Shown piece after piece: positions 41,829 through 55,904 of a stretch of DNA of 64,000 nt. The stretch lies in NCBI RefSeq assembly GCF_009914755.1, contig NC_060926.1; one strand, given 5' to 3'. Position numbers and translations under genes: made by a program. The number at the start of each line of letters is the position of its first letter. Within the stretch, counting starts at the first letter, position 1. Source of the DNA: the human T2T-CHM13v2.0 reference genome, Homo sapiens. Below the pieces are notes generated by a model, which worked only from the letters and a program-made list of their open reading frames with translations, was not told where the DNA came from and did no database searches.

Positions 41829-44800
41829 GGCTGACACCGTGTGGTGGGCCACCTGCTTCCCCTCCTTACTCTGGGCACTGGCCATGATGGGTTACAATGT
41901 GGTCAGGGCCTCTCAGGAGGTGCCACTCAGTGAGTGACCTCACCCGGGCCAGATGGTGACCATAAGCCGGTTGCTACCTCTGGAGTCTTGGTGGGTGGGC
42001 GGATGGCACCCAGGGTCACACAGCATTAAAAAGTGGATCCAGGCCTTTAGTATCTTGATTTTCCACTTCACCAGGTGATTGCATGAAAACATGTTGGAAA
42101 GGTAATACATGTGATTGGGGAAGATAAGTTTATTTACTGTGGGACATTTTCATAACTTCTGTTTGAGGGCATTACATATCTCACATAATTACATGCTATG
42201 AAGGTATTACCTTTGGTCTCATTCAAAAATTACAAAGTGATATATCGAGAAGAATCACCTCTCCCACTTTGCCTTCCAGTTCCTCTCCCCAGAGGCAAGC
42301 AGTTTGCCCAGCATTTTTGTGAGCCCTTCGGGGGCAGTCTGCCATATACAGACACGGACGTTTTCATACCCTCTTTCTTCTGGAGTGTGCATTCGTTTGA
42401 GCAGCTTGTTTGGAAAGCTGTATATGCAGGTTGTGAAGTCACTTTTGGTTTTGATTTCAGCCTCCCATTCTTTCCCTTTCTGCATTTGTGGTATCTAATA
42501 TCACCTTGACAGCCTCAAGAGCGGCCTGTGTGTGTGGGTTTTGGTGTCCATGGTGCAGTGGGCGAGGGCCACCCGCAGCCTTCCCAGTGCTTGGTGAGGC
42601 CCAAGAGTGGATTTTGTTTTTTGAAGCAGGATTCTTACACAAAAGGACATCTCTGAAGTAGTTGGGGTTGGGAGCTTGCTTTTTGCTCTATTGTGTTGTC
42701 TTCTCTATAATGTGGAATATCTTAAAGATCCAGTTCCACCTGTGCTACGAAGAGCCCTGGGTGGGATGAGCCCACGCTGGCACCACATGGCCGCTCACCC
42801 CACAGGCATTATGGGGAGAGCCAGAGCAGGTGAATGGCCTGCCCGGGCCCTCCTGCTTGGTGAGTGACAGACAAGACCCAAACCAGGCTTCTGGCCCTAG
42901 CCCTGGGCCTTTGTTGTACCTTGATGCCCTGGGAGGCAGCAGACCCATCTCACCTGGGTGCCATCACCCTGACATTTGGCAGCCTCTCTTTGCAGATTGC
43001 CATCAGCATCAGCCTAAGTGAGGTGCAGGAATTTCATAGTTACAGGTTGGTGTTTTTTAAAAAAATTCTATTTCATGGATAAAAACATCTTCAAATAAGT
43101 TTTCTTATGCACCAAACCCATCTGGGGCCCTGGGGGATACAAAAGTTATTTTTAATTAATCACTTAATAAAAGCTTATTTGGGGCTCCTGCAGTGGCTCA
43201 GCTTTGTTAAAGATGAAGAGTTAAAGATGACTTAGGCCCTTCTCCTAAGGAGCTACAGGAGACAAGGGTGTACACTGTATCAGAAGTTTTTTTTCTTTGT
43301 GGCAACAGAAAGGGCCATGTCACAATAAGCAGAGGGTATTTATTTCTGTCTGGAAGTGGGTGAAACTTTACAGGGAAATTGCTGTTTAAATTGGTCATGT
43401 AGCATGAGTACAAATTGTCAAGCAGACAAGAACAGGAGGGGCACTCTTAAGTGGAGCGGACAGCTGAGCAAAGGCATAGAGAGGGCACTTGTGAGATGCT
43501 GTCGGGAGCAGCTTGTGAGTGTGGTACTTAGGAAGCTTGGGAGACAGAGGAGGGCCAGGAGATCCATCCTGGGTGCAACTTCATGCTGCATTCTGTGTGT
43601 GCCGAGAGCCACAGAGGGGATTTAAGCCAGGGAGTTATTAGCCCATTAGATTTACAAATTAAGAGAGACCTCTAAAACCCCATGGGCGGTGTTTCAAGTT
43701 CTGAGGTCATCTTTCTTTCTCAGCTATTTAAATTTGTCTCTTGACCAACCAGGATGACAGATGAGGTAGGAGAGGGAGCATAAGCCTTGGAGGAAAGCAA
43801 AACTATGGGTAACACAGAAGTAGTCAGAATATAGTGCAAAATACATTTAATCTGGCTGAAATTACTTGTAAAATTTAGCAGGACATTGAACATTTACAGA
43901 TACTTTGTTTTTTTGCTTTAGGCGTCAGTATTACATTGCATGACCAACAATGGTTGTAGTCTCCTGCTGTTTGCTGGGGCATGCTGGGCTGTGTGGGCAG
44001 GGCTGGGGTTCAGCCACCCTCTCCCTTCTACCTGCTTTTCTCACCTGGGGTGGGGGCTTTGGGAGGAGGGGAGCAGTACTACCCATAGTGGGCAGGGATG
44101 GGCCTCTGGGGCGGGGGGAGCCTGTGTGTCCATCTTGCCTGCCACTAATTTTAAATAACAGTGTGGAATGCTGTTATAATGGTTTTTATTTTAAATTTTT
44201 TTCCACAAATGCACTATCTTCTCATTTTTTTATCAAGGCTAATCTACAAATGTTTAATCCACCCACAGGTAATCCAGATTTGATGCAGAATTTTACTGAA
44301 ATCAACTCCAAATAGCTTTGTGGTAACAAGTCTTTGCAATGTGATTTTGCCTATGTTTTTCTCCTTAATGAGTCAGACTTGCCACATGAAATTTTTACCA
44401 TCCCAAAACTTTTTGAAGAATTTAATTAGAATGGGTACATAGGATAATGAAGATTCACATTGTAGAAACTTTTAAAATTTGAGTTTCGATTGTTCCTGGA
44501 ATTTTAATTTCTCTTATTTGGTGCTAGGTGATTCCCAGTTTTAGGGCCAGGTGTTGCCAGGACACACAAGCCAGTGATAGTTTGACTAAGCTTTAGGGTT
44601 GTATATTAAAGTAATGCCTGGCTGGATGCCCAGTCAAACTAAGACATGCTAAGCTCCACATTTGAGCAGTAATGGCCCTGTTTGCTGTCCCTCGGGAGGG
44701 TTCACACCCAGGAGCTCAGAGCAGGGACTTTCTCCTCCAGGGTGGGCCCCTCGCTCTGGGGAAGAGCTCTCCTTCACCAAGCCCCCTTTAGGTATCTGGT

Positions 44801-45319
44801 CTCCAGCCACAGTCAGGGAGGCTCTCAGCTGGGGTGCTGGGACCCAGCCCTGGGGTGTGTGTGGGGAGGAGCCCTGCTTGGGGGAGGGGTGGCGCTCCTG
44901 GAGACCTCTCCTGGCTCAGAGGGGAGTGATGGGCATTCTGAAGCGTGTCCAGCAGGGCCCACCTCCCTCTGCGCTCATGGTTTCCACAGTGGTTTGCCTC
45001 ATTCACCATCACCTGAGAATGGCCAAGATAGCCTTGCCTCCCTTCCTGTCTTCCAGAAATTCTCATGGGGCCCTCCAGCCCGTTCTCTTCCTGGCCTGTG
45101 ACGATAGCGGGTTAAGTTTGTACTTTTAACAGTAATTAACCTTCTTCAAGGCCTTGTTTGCCGTTATAAGTGTTCCCTGTTCTCTGGGTACTCACAGCCC
45201 CTTCCTTGCTGTCCTTGATCCAGCGGCATGGCCTGAGTGCCTCCATCCCCCTGTTTCTGGATGGCTAGAAGAGCCTCTGGGGTATCTGATTGTCAGATGG
45301 GCTTAGCAGGAGTGGTAGT

Positions 45320-45550
45320 AGTAATAGTGGCAAATACTTAAGTAGCATTTTTGTGCACTGGGCACATTTAGAGGGATTAAGTCATCTGATTCTTGCAGTA
45401 ACCCCATGAAGTAGATGATTCTGTAACACCCATTTCAGGAGCAGGAGACTGAGGAGCAGAAGGTGAAATGAGTTCTCCCTGGGGACGTGTAGCGTGGCGG
45501 GTGAGCGGCAGTTGGGGTTGGAGCCCGGATGGTCTGGCTCTGGGGCCATG
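45320..45550 (-). mobile_element. MIR
   Basis: Antisense MIR motifs (AACCCCATGAAGTAGAT...CCATTTCAGGAGCAGGAGACTGAGG). Confidence 0.65.
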
Positions 45551-47245
45551 CACAGCATGCTGTGTGCAGCTCCCCCGCCGTCCCGTCTCCCTGAGCTGCC
45601 TGCTTCAGGCACGCTTCTTGGCTCTTTGTCCTGAATGGTGTGGTGGTACAGCTTGGTCTTCCTGCCTGGTAGGGAAACCATAGCCATGGGAGTCCTAGTA
45701 CTGAGCAAGTGACTGTTCCTGACCCGTTTCCAGATTCTAGGGGCAGCTTTACAGCCTTTCTCTGAGATACTTGGACACCATGTTACCAGACCACAGCCTA
45801 ACAACAGAGGATGAACCAGAGCCTCAATGTCGGCGAGTCTTGGGCCATTTTGGCTGTTGATTGCCTCTCTCCTGCCCTGTATCTCCAGGAACTGTCAACG
45901 TTGGTCTTGTAGAAACTGCTCTCTCTTTGTGAGTGAACAAGACCATGGCTGTCTCAGTCCCTCCGTTAGTGACTATCCTTGTTCAACCCAGAGTCCAGGA
46001 GTCTGATGAACAGAGGCTTTCTCCCTCTACCTCACCCTGCCTTTTACCTCTCCCTGCCCTGTGTGGGTCTTGCCCAGGAGACAGCGGTTGGATGAGGGAG
46101 GAGAGGCTAAGGGCCCCTCTAATGTGGACAGCCTGGGCCCTGCTGTGGGAAGAGAGCCACATGGCATGGATTGGAAATGGAGAGGGCAGAATTTGAGTCA
46201 GGAGGACCACCAGCAGCCGTGCTAGCTCTTGAGGCCTAGGTCTTCTGGCCTTTAAAATGGGACTGGAGTGGGAGGTGGATTCAGTGCGAGTGCAGTCCCT
46301 GCGGCCTACAACCTACTGTTATTGTGCGGTGCTGGTCTCCAAACTCCAGGTCTATTTTGTAGCCTATTGAGGAACTGCCTCTGATCTCCCTAAAATAGGA
46401 TGTGCTATTTTGGACACTGCCGTAGGTGGGAGGGATGTGTGTTTAAAGCTAAAATAGAGCGCACTTTAATTTGCGGGTGTTTCCTTTTTCTTTCTCAGCC
46501 ACACTGTGTTTAAGTCACAGTGTCCTCCCTCCCACCCAGGAGCACAGCCTCAGGCAGGCCCTGCTCTTGGTGGAGGCCTCGTCATGACTGATGAGGGAGG
46601 TGGCCACCAGAGAGGAGGATTCCTGTCGCTTGGGACCAGGACTGCTCCAAGTCCAGGGAGCTTTTACAAGGCTCTGTTCCTGGATGGCTTCTCTGCCGAT
46701 CTGAGGTCCAGGGTGTGAGAAGCTGAGCCAGCCTTGCAGTCCAGCTGAGTGCCTCTCCACCAGACCTGCGCTGCTGTTAGAGTCAAGGCGAGGCAGGGCT
46801 GTGGGGGTAGGGGTGGCAGAGCACACCCCTGATCCCTAGTTAGTGGAGTTAACTCTGGGCACTCCCTCCCCCGACTTTCTTTGCAACAAATCATGGTGAT
46901 CTCTTTTGACCTTTTTGATGGTTACCAATGTGGCTGTGAAGAGGGTCCCTGCCCCAGCTGGGGAGAATAGGGTGAATGGGAGTAGGAAGGTTGAGGGGGT
47001 GAGGGTAGAAGGGTGTGATGGATTTCCGAGAAGGTTGCAGGTATGTGTCTGTCCTATTCTGTCCTGACTTACTCTGCATTCAGTTCTAGCTGAGCATGAA
47101 TGCAGCCCGCACCCATGACTTTCTGTGGTGGTGCTATTTTTCTGTTTTTTGAAAAGAAAGAGGTCCGGTTTTTTTGTAGATTGTTAGGACTTAACTGGAA
47201 ATAATTGTGTAAGTCTTCAGGCATCTTTCGAAGATGGCAGGCTAG

Positions 47246-47413
47246 AGATAGCTACTCCAACTTGAATGCCTAGCAGTCACCTAGAAGACTTGTTCAATGC
47301 AGATACTGGGCCCTACCCACAGGGAGTCAGCCTTCATAGGTCGGGCACTTCCTCCCGGCTCCTGGGTGGTACTGCTACTGCCAGTTCACAGACCACACTT
47401 CCAGTTGCCCTAG
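47246..47413. mobile_element. MER5-family MITE
   Basis: TCACCTAGAAGACTTGTTCAATGCAGATACTGGGCCCTACCC...ACAGACCACACTT. Confidence 0.55.
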
Positions 47414-48564
47414 AGTGCTTGTTCCTGTTCCACTCCCCACTCAAGATATTATTCGCTGATTTTTATCACCTTCCCCAAACTAGGCTACTTATTTTGGTGC
47501 TAATTGGTGGCACTTCTAATTTTAGAAGTGTGGGGAGGTGCTCCTGTCCCCATTTGGCTGCAGTGGTGCTGATGGGGGGTATCTGCTGTGCCTTGGGTGG
47601 GAACTTCTCCTGTGTGTGCTTCGTGAGATATCCCGAGGCTACCCTACTTTGATGAGTTGAGCAAGGTGTCTTAGAAGCCAGGCGCTGACTGCTCTATCAT
47701 AATTAGAAGACAGTTAGCAATAAATACATAGTCAGTGGCATCTCTGCATGGGGATGGCTGGTTTGAAGCAGCTTGCTCCAGCCATGGGAAACAGAGTTTT
47801 GACCCTACTATTTATGAACTGACAGTGTGGGCTGCATCAGGATCTTTCCAGGTATGCCAGGAGGCACAGAACCCACGTATAACCTGCAGCCCACAGTTTC
47901 TGTGACACAGAAAGTGTGGTCAGGTGCTGGGAAATCATTGTCTCATAGATAAAACATCTGACACGCACCAGCTTTTCTGTAACAACTAATGGTTGCAAAT
48001 GGAATTCGGGGTACACAGGATAGCAACAGATTTCTTCCTGTCCTTGAAGAAAACTGTCTCCTTTGTCCCTGTTTGACCAACTTCGATTGAGCTGGAGCCC
48101 TTTGTGCCTGGCCCTGGGCTGTCCCTTCTGTCAGGGTCTCTGTCTGGTACAGGGGTCAGCTCTCCCTTGGGCTGTGCACTTACCTAAAACTGCCTCCCAG
48201 ACACCTAGTTTGTGACTTCCTAGAAAGCCTGAGACAGGAAGCTATTTTCTTAAGGCTTTAGAAACTGCCCCCAAACAGCACAGAATGGCAGGGTCCTGCC
48301 CCCAGGGAGTGCTGCTTGAGGTCTGTTTCCTGCAGTCAGGGCTTCCAGCCAGCTTGCTGTCCTTGCCAGCACCTCCTCTGCTGCCCGCTAGACACGGAGC
48401 CTCTGGCTGACACCCTCCCTGCCAGCCCCAGAGGCCTGCCTTCTCAGCCTCTGCTGAAACTAAAGCTTTTTTTCTGTTTCTGTAGGGCATTGGGTGGAGC
48501 CTTGCCAGGGGCTCCTGGTTCTGACTGTCTTGGGTGGGTGGGGAACTCAGCCCTGAGAGGTTGG

Positions 48565-48720
48565 CTCACTGAGCATTTACCATATGCTGGGCATTGGGCC
48601 AGATGTCTGTCTAGGATCAGTTTATTAATCCCCAGCTACCTGATGAGGTAATTATTATTCATTTCCATTTTGCAGAGGAGGGAAGGGATGCTCAGAGAGA
48701 GGTGGAGTGACTTACCAGAT
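48565..48720 (-). mobile_element. MIR
   Basis: ACTGAGCATTTACCATATGC...TGAGGTAATTATTATTCATTTCCATTTTGCAGAGGAGG...GCTCAGAGAGAGG. Confidence 0.7.
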
Positions 48721-50298
48721 TTTTATCTGGTGCCCTATCATATGCTCTTACGACACAGAGCAGCTTTTTGCTGTAGAAAGGACTGTCGTCATTTTACCTG
48801 TGTTAGGAACATCATCACTGACTGTGGTTCCCCTGCACTGACATTCTGGGCATTAAGGGCTGAGTCTGGGCTCTTTCTCCTATGGGTGTCTGTCCTCTCA
48901 CTTGGCCCCAGGCCTTGGTGACCCTCTGTGCACTGAAGGAGTAAATGACTGAGGTGGCCAGCTAGCTCCCGTGCATTTGCACACATGGTCCCTCACTCCT
49001 GGCCCCCATCCCTTGCCAGGCAGAATGTGCCCGTCTCCAGTCCCTTGCATTGCTGGCAGCCTCAGACCGGAGAGCACTGAATCTTCCACTAGCCTGTCTT
49101 CTTGCCAGCTGCAGCCCCAGGGCGCGTGTGTCCGTCTCCGCAGCCAAACTCCCCCTGTGCTGGCCTGTGGAGGGTGAGTGGGGGGCAGGGTGCCGCACAC
49201 TCTGGACCCTTCCAGCCCCAGGAAGGAGTTGTGGTGCTGCACGTGCTCCATTCTCACATGCTTCTCAGGCTGCAGGCTGTGCATTACCAGTGTGCAGTTT
49301 AGGAAACTGAGGCCCAAAGAGAGCAAAGCAGCACCTGGGGACTGACCTTGAGTTACACAGGTGTGCTTCAAGTTCTTCTGCTAGTTACCTTTCAATGCCA
49401 ACACTGGGGAGGGGGTGTCCTAACAAAACATAATTTAATCAGAGCACTGTGAACTTTTCCTGCATCTGACACGTCCCTCTCAAGGTGGAGGGTGTCACCA
49501 CCTGCTGCCCATTGTAATCCCTCACCCCACAGAGAGGCCAGGAAGTGAACAGGAGACTTGGAGGAATGTGGACCTGGTGTGATCCTGTGTGGAGCAAGGA
49601 TGTCTTCCTCTGAAAATTCCCTGGGGGGAAAGAAATGGCATACATTTCCTATACCAGTGGGGGCTTGGTCCCTTGGCACGCATAAATCGACCACTCTTGG
49701 CAGCCAGAACCCTCGCTCCTCCAGTTTTATTCTGGTTGCCTGTGGCTCTTGGATAATCCTGTGGTCTCTTTGGGGTGCTGGTTTCTTTAGGGAGCTGCAT
49801 TTGGCTTAAGGCTGGCATATGTTTTAGCTATCTGAAGTGGTTTTAGATATAAAGATTCAGTGACAGAATTCTCTATATAAAATGATTATATCACATTGAG
49901 CCTCAGTAACAGATTAATGGGGAAGGAAGGATTTATTATGTTTCCAAGTGATCCAATGTGAGCAAGCAGGCTTTGTACCAGGGGAGAATTCTAAGTGCTT
50001 GTCCTCCCTGTGGAATTGTGTTTTGCAGAATCCCAGGAAGACAGGGAGGCTGTGACAGCCTGTAAATGTGATGCTCAGCTGGCCTTGAGTGTCAGCTAGC
50101 TTGCTGGTCTTCAGGGTGCTCCCTGTCCACGCACCACCTCTGGCTGGGCTTTCCGTTCTCTAGTGAAAGGTTTTCTCAGCAGCACCTTTGCCTCTCCTTC
50201 TCCCTTCATTACGAGTTTGCCATGTTGGAGTTGGATTGTTTGATGTCTTGTCCTGGCTTAACAACTCAACACTGTGTACTTTAAAAGCTCCAAGTTTA

Positions 50299-50412
50299 GG
50301 CTCACACCTGTAATCCCAGTTTTTTGGGAAGCTGCAGTGGGAGGATCACTTGAGGCAAGGAGTTTGAGACCAGTTTAGTTGACAGAGTAAGATCCTGTCT
50401 TTAAAATAAATA
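50299..50412 (+). mobile_element. FLAM_C / Alu left monomer
   Basis: GGCTCACACCTGTAATCCCAG...GAGTTTGAGACCAG...A-rich end. Confidence 0.75.
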
Positions 50413-51124
50413 TAATTTTTTAAACTTGAAATTTAAGCAGAAGCCACGTTAAAGTGGCACAGCAGGTGATGTGAGGGACCCTGTTGGGCCACCTTGCTGT
50501 AAAATGTTTTCTGTATCCTGCTTTTTTCCTCTTTGCCTTTACACCTGTGGTTCCCACATTATTGGGCTGAGACTCTGGAGATCTGGGTAAAATCCCATCC
50601 TAGAGGGACAGCAGGTTAAATCACTTTTCCTATCTTGGCCAGCTGTGGTTTAGCTTATTGGCACCAGTCAGAGCAGGGCCTCAAGGGATGTTAGGATTGG
50701 TTGCACCTGGTTCAGAATATGGGGCCCTGCAAGGAGGGCAGTCTGAAGAAGAGTGGGATTAAAAACGAAAGCAGCCAACAGAAAGGTGGGCACCTAGAGG
50801 CAGGTGCAACTGGCTGTCCTGGAAAGCAGAGAGGGGCAGCTGTGGGCCTCTGTGCAATGGCCCCTCCACTTGTCACACCTGCCAGAATGGAGGTGTCTCC
50901 CCAGTGGGCCTGTCACAGGGAGGCCAGCGACCAGCCAGTCAGTGCTGACAGTAGGCAAGTGTGGTTGACATCCAGGGATGAGCCTCTGAGCAACCCTGGG
51001 ATGTGATGCAAAAAGATATATGTGTCCTCTTGCATTTAAGAGAAATGCAAAGCTTTTGATCTAAGCTTACACTTGAAAAAATTATACTTACATTGCTTTT
51101 TTGAAAATAAGTGAAAGCATAATA

Positions 51125-51363
51125 GAGGTTGAACATCCCTGATCTGAAAATCCAAAATTTGAAGTACTTCCAAACCTGACACTTTTTTAGCACTGACATG
51201 ACCTTCAGAGGAAATGCTTATTGGAGCATTTTGGATTTCAGATTTTTAGATTAGGTGTGCTGAATCTGTACGTATATAATGCAAATATTTCAAAATCTTA
51301 AAAAAATTCCAAACCCTAACCACTTCTGGTGTCAAGTATTTCAGATAAGGGATACTCAACCTG
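51125..51363. mobile_element. Tigger4a/MER46-type MITE
   Basis: Terminal inverted repeats GAGGTTGAACATCCCT...AGGGATACTCAACCTG with TA on the left. ~240 bp. Confidence 0.82.
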
Positions 51364-54300
51364 TGCTAATAATGATTTTGGCATGTACTCTATAATAATA
51401 AAATGTTTATTAGGCAGTCCTTTATGTGAAAAATGATAGGAATAACAATACAGTGAATCGCAACTCAGCTTTAGACATTTTCATGACCAATACACTTGAA
51501 ACTACATATGCCTTCCCACCTTCTCTCTAGGTTACCATTACCCCAAATTTGCTTTTCATTTTTTCCATTCATCGAATTCTTTGTGTTTTGTGACCCAGTC
51601 AGTCCTACTAGTTTTCGTGCTAGGAGACAGGAAGCAAGCATTGCTTAGTTTCACTCTTGTGATGCTTGTGGTCAGAAACAGGTATTTCTTGAAACTGGGC
51701 TTGTGGCTGCAGGGCTGCCCCAGGCGGGGCAGAGATGGTCAAGTGCAAGGTGGGGCTGCTGTGGGGCCAAGTCCTGATGGATCATGTTCCCCCCCGGTCT
51801 TGTCTTTCTAATGTCTTGCTGCATGTGGGATCTGTCGCCACTGCCAGTGGGAAGGGCAGGCTAGTCTGTGTCCATCTTTGTTGCAGAGTTGGCTTCCTTC
51901 AGGCAGGTTCATCCTACACTGAATGTCCCTGTGGTCCATGCCTCAAAACACCTCATCATTAGTATTACTTCTGAGCCCTGCCTAAACATAGCAGCGTGGA
52001 CCAGCTCTCAGTCCTTTCTCTTCCTGGCCCTACCCCACCTTCCTGTTGGCTACTCTGCTCCCATGGATGGTTGAGAGGGAGACCCTCTTCTGTGTGGCTA
52101 GCCAAGGTTGCACATTGGCTGCACCCAACAGATGGACTGCATCTGTAGTCAGTCTAGTGAAGTCCGGTCTTCCTCTCCACCCTCTTGCCTGAGCCTCCAC
52201 CTTTGCATAAAGAAGCTCCTGCACCCCCATCCCTCCTTGCAGATGCCCCTGCCCACACCCCATCTCTTCACATAACTGAAAGATGGCTGGTTCTCCCAGA
52301 AGAGCCAGAGGCCTCTAAATGGAGTGAGGTCCTTTCTCTGCATGTCCTGTCTCTCTCCAGAGGTGGGCTTGGAATCTCTTTCGCTTTGACCGGTGACTAC
52401 CATCCCCTCCACTCCTGTCCCTCCCCTGCATCACTCCATGTTACCCCTGGCCCCAGAGGTCTCTGAGGTCCCATCACCTTCTGATGACTCTGTCTGCAGG
52501 GATGAGTCTGTTGTTACTGAGCCGCTAGCCTTCAGCTTCCTCTCCCGTGGTCATTCCCGAGGCTGCCCACTCCCCCTAGTTGCCCACAAGCCTTATGAAC
52601 TCCCATCTCCGTTCCTCCTGTGTGGCCTGTTCTGGTTCCCTCTCCTCCCTGTCAGGCTCACTGTATCTTTGTTTCCCATGATCCTGCAGTCAGGGAAGAC
52701 CAAGCCCCAGTTACTTTCCTGATGAGCTCAAAGTCCAGAATGCAGTCACGTGACTGGGGTGGGAAGCCATGCACAGGGCCCTGAGAGGGTGTGAGGGATT
52801 CGAGGCAGCCTGTGGAAGGAGAGCCCTTCCAGCTGAGATGAATTCAGCCCCAGAGAGGCACTAAACAACCTAAGGATGGTACAGTTCCCCAGTTATTAAA
52901 ATTTTGCATACTTACTATAAAGGGTTTAGTAAAACATAGTCTAGAGGAAGAAAACCAGAAAAGCATGATGTGTCCATCTCCCAGTGCTTAACATTTTTAT
53001 ACGTGTTCTTTTCCTCTCTCCCACTCCGCGTGAGTGCTTCTATGTCTTTATATTGGTAGATCTTACTTAGAATCTGACTTTTTCGCTTGTCAAGTTGTCA
53101 TAAAACTGATTTCCATTTCAAATGTCTATATGGTATTCACATATGACGGAGCCATTATTTACCATTTCCCTGACAGGCTTGTAGGCTGCTATTTAATCTT
53201 TCAATTTATGGTATAAAATCCTTTATAGTACAGGTAATGCTGCAGTGAGCATCCTTGTCTGAGATCCCACCGAGAGTAGTGGCCTCAGTCTTCCAATCAG
53301 TGGCTTTTCTCTCACTTGGCTGGCCTCTTGAAGCGAACAGAGTGTGTGTGTGTCCTGGTAGCTGAGTAAACTCCAGCTCCGCACATCTGCTTGGCGGGGC
53401 GGTTGGGATCTAAATGAGTGTGACCTCAGCTTTTGTGGTAGTGGAGACCATCCTGATCATGCAGGGTCCTTGCTGCTTGCAGGCCCGTGGCTGCTGAAGA
53501 GCTGAAGAAATGTTACTTCTTTGTAAGAAACATTTTAGACTGAAATAAAAACCTGTTATAATCATGCGGTCTGGTTGCAGCGTGAAATATGTTCACAGTC
53601 TAAGATTCAGGTGAAAAGGCAGGATGCCAAATCTTGTGTACTTGCTGATCTTATCTGTGTAGAATATCCAAGTCAGAACTGATTTTAGTTAAGGTATCTG
53701 TGGGGGGTGGGGTTTCCCTCTCTATATTTTCCAAGCCTGCAGTAAGAGAACTATGGCAATCATCTTTCTTTTTAACATATCCAGCTTACTGCCCTAGGTT
53801 GGCCACAGTCAGATTTCTTGAAAGCCCCTAGGGCTGGGCGCAGGTGTCTGGTTGTCCCTCCGAGACTCAGGGCTCACTCTCGCTTCGGGAACACTAATGC
53901 AACTCTTCTGGTGGTGAGAACCCAGCTGAGAGTTCCTTTATTTTGTTGATTTCAGGGTGTAGGTATTTAAATATTTGAAAGTATTTTGATTTTTAAATGA
54001 GATGTGTGGGAACTTTTTTGATTCATCACCCTTGGAATGGTTACAGAGTTTTGTTTTTATAATACAAAACTTTCTTGAGGTGAATCTGTGACTGAGAAAA
54101 TAGACATCTATTTGAAATATCGTGTCTAAAGTACTAAAATATTGCTGGTTGCTAACCACTTAAATTGAGTATTTTTCTTCATAAACATTAAGTTTTATTG
54201 AAAGAGTTGCTGTGATTTCCAGACACTCTTCTTTACTGCTTGTTCAAATAAGGGGAGGGGGCCTCCAGATGAAAAGGTTAAACTAGAGTCAGGCCTGCTT

Positions 54301-55680
54301 GAAAGTTTTGAGTCAGGACCTTCAGTGGGAGATTTGCCAGAGTCCCACACAGTAGGGCACAGGCTACTGCTTCCTTGGGTCTCTGGGAGGAGGTTTCTCC
54401 TCTCTATAATGGAAAGTTGGATTTCTAGCTTTTTTTCTGGATACTTCATGGGGTACTGTAATTGTGTTGACTAATTGATGCTCTTTCCTGGAGTCTCACT
54501 CATTAATTGGGCCCATTTCTATGGAAGGCACAAATATTGTAATGTAAGAATCAGATATATGCTGGTGATGCTGTGTGAAGCAGCAGAGCTGCTGTGAACT
54601 CTCTGGGGTCCCAAAAGTCTAGGAAGTTTGGAAAATCCTCCTCCTTGTCTAGGCCTGTGCTTCCCTGTCCTCTCTGTTTGCTTTGCTTCCTCTGTCTTTC
54701 TCCTTTCCTTGCTCTTGGTTATCTTCTGAAAGATGAGGCTTCACTTTTCCACACCTTCCTGACCCTCCCTGTCCCCAAAGCAGCGATGCATCTGAAATGG
54801 CCTAAAAAGGCGTGGAAACCCAGGGGTTCCTATTCTGGCAGAAGTTCCTCAGTTGCCCACAGGGCCTGAGGTCTGGGGTGAGGAACACCTGGTCCAGATC
54901 AAAGAGCTTTTAGGGTGTGGGGCTGGATTTTTGCATACAGGTTACATCAGAAGGAGTCCAGGAGTAAAATTAATTCTTAGAAGGCCAGATTACATAAAAG
55001 GCAAGGCAGAGAGGGTTCTGCAAACACTAACCGCCTCTTGGGTGTCTGATGGTACTCCTCTCATGGCCTCAGCCTGGAGGGAGCTGATGTGGGAGGAATC
55101 TGTGGGCCCTGACCTGGAATGCTGCACAGTGGCCTCTGCCAGTGACAGGGGTGGGCAAGGCTGAGTCTAGAAGCAAATGCCAGCCCACAAATGTGCAGTG
55201 ATTGGCGCCTACAGAGGCCAGGGATAGCTAAGTACTGTGGAGATATAAAATGTGGCTTACCATCCTTGCTCTTAAAAGAAAAAAGGGGAAAAAAAGCAAA
55301 GACTAGTTGATTCAGAGCTAAGGTTGCTTGTTAAATAAACTTTTAAATTTTAGAATAGTTTTAGATATACAGAAAAGTTGCAAAGAGTGCCTGAAGTTCT
55401 CCCATATGATACCTCCTGCCAGGCTGTTGTTAACATGTTAATCACCATGGTACATTGTAGTGTGTTAATTGTAACCAAAATTGATACATTATTCACCAAA
55501 TTCCATGTTTTATTCACATTTCCCTAGTTTTTAACCTAATTGTCTTTTTCTGTTCTGGGATTCTATCCAGGATACCATGTTATGTGTATTTGTCGTATCT
55601 CCCTAGGCTCCTTGTGGTTGTGAGTTTCTCAGAATTTCCTTGTTTTTGATGACCTTGACAGTGTTTAGAGACAGAATCAA

Positions 55681-55828
55681 TTTTTATTTTATCTTATTTA
55701 TTTATTTTTTTTGAGACAAGGTCTTGCTATGTTGCCTACACTGGTCTCAAACTCTTGGACTCAAGCAATTAGCCTGCCTCAGCCTCCCAAAGTGCTGGGA
55801 TTTCAGGCGTGAGCCACCATGCCTGGCC
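55681..55828 (-). mobile_element. FLAM_C / Alu left monomer
   Basis: Single arm ending CCATGCCTGGCC, with T tail. Confidence 0.82.
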
Positions 55829-55904
55829 TGTCTTATTTATTTAGTCATTTATATCAATATGGACTCAATGGTTTTTTTGTTGTTGTTGTTATTTGGGTTA
55901 TAAT

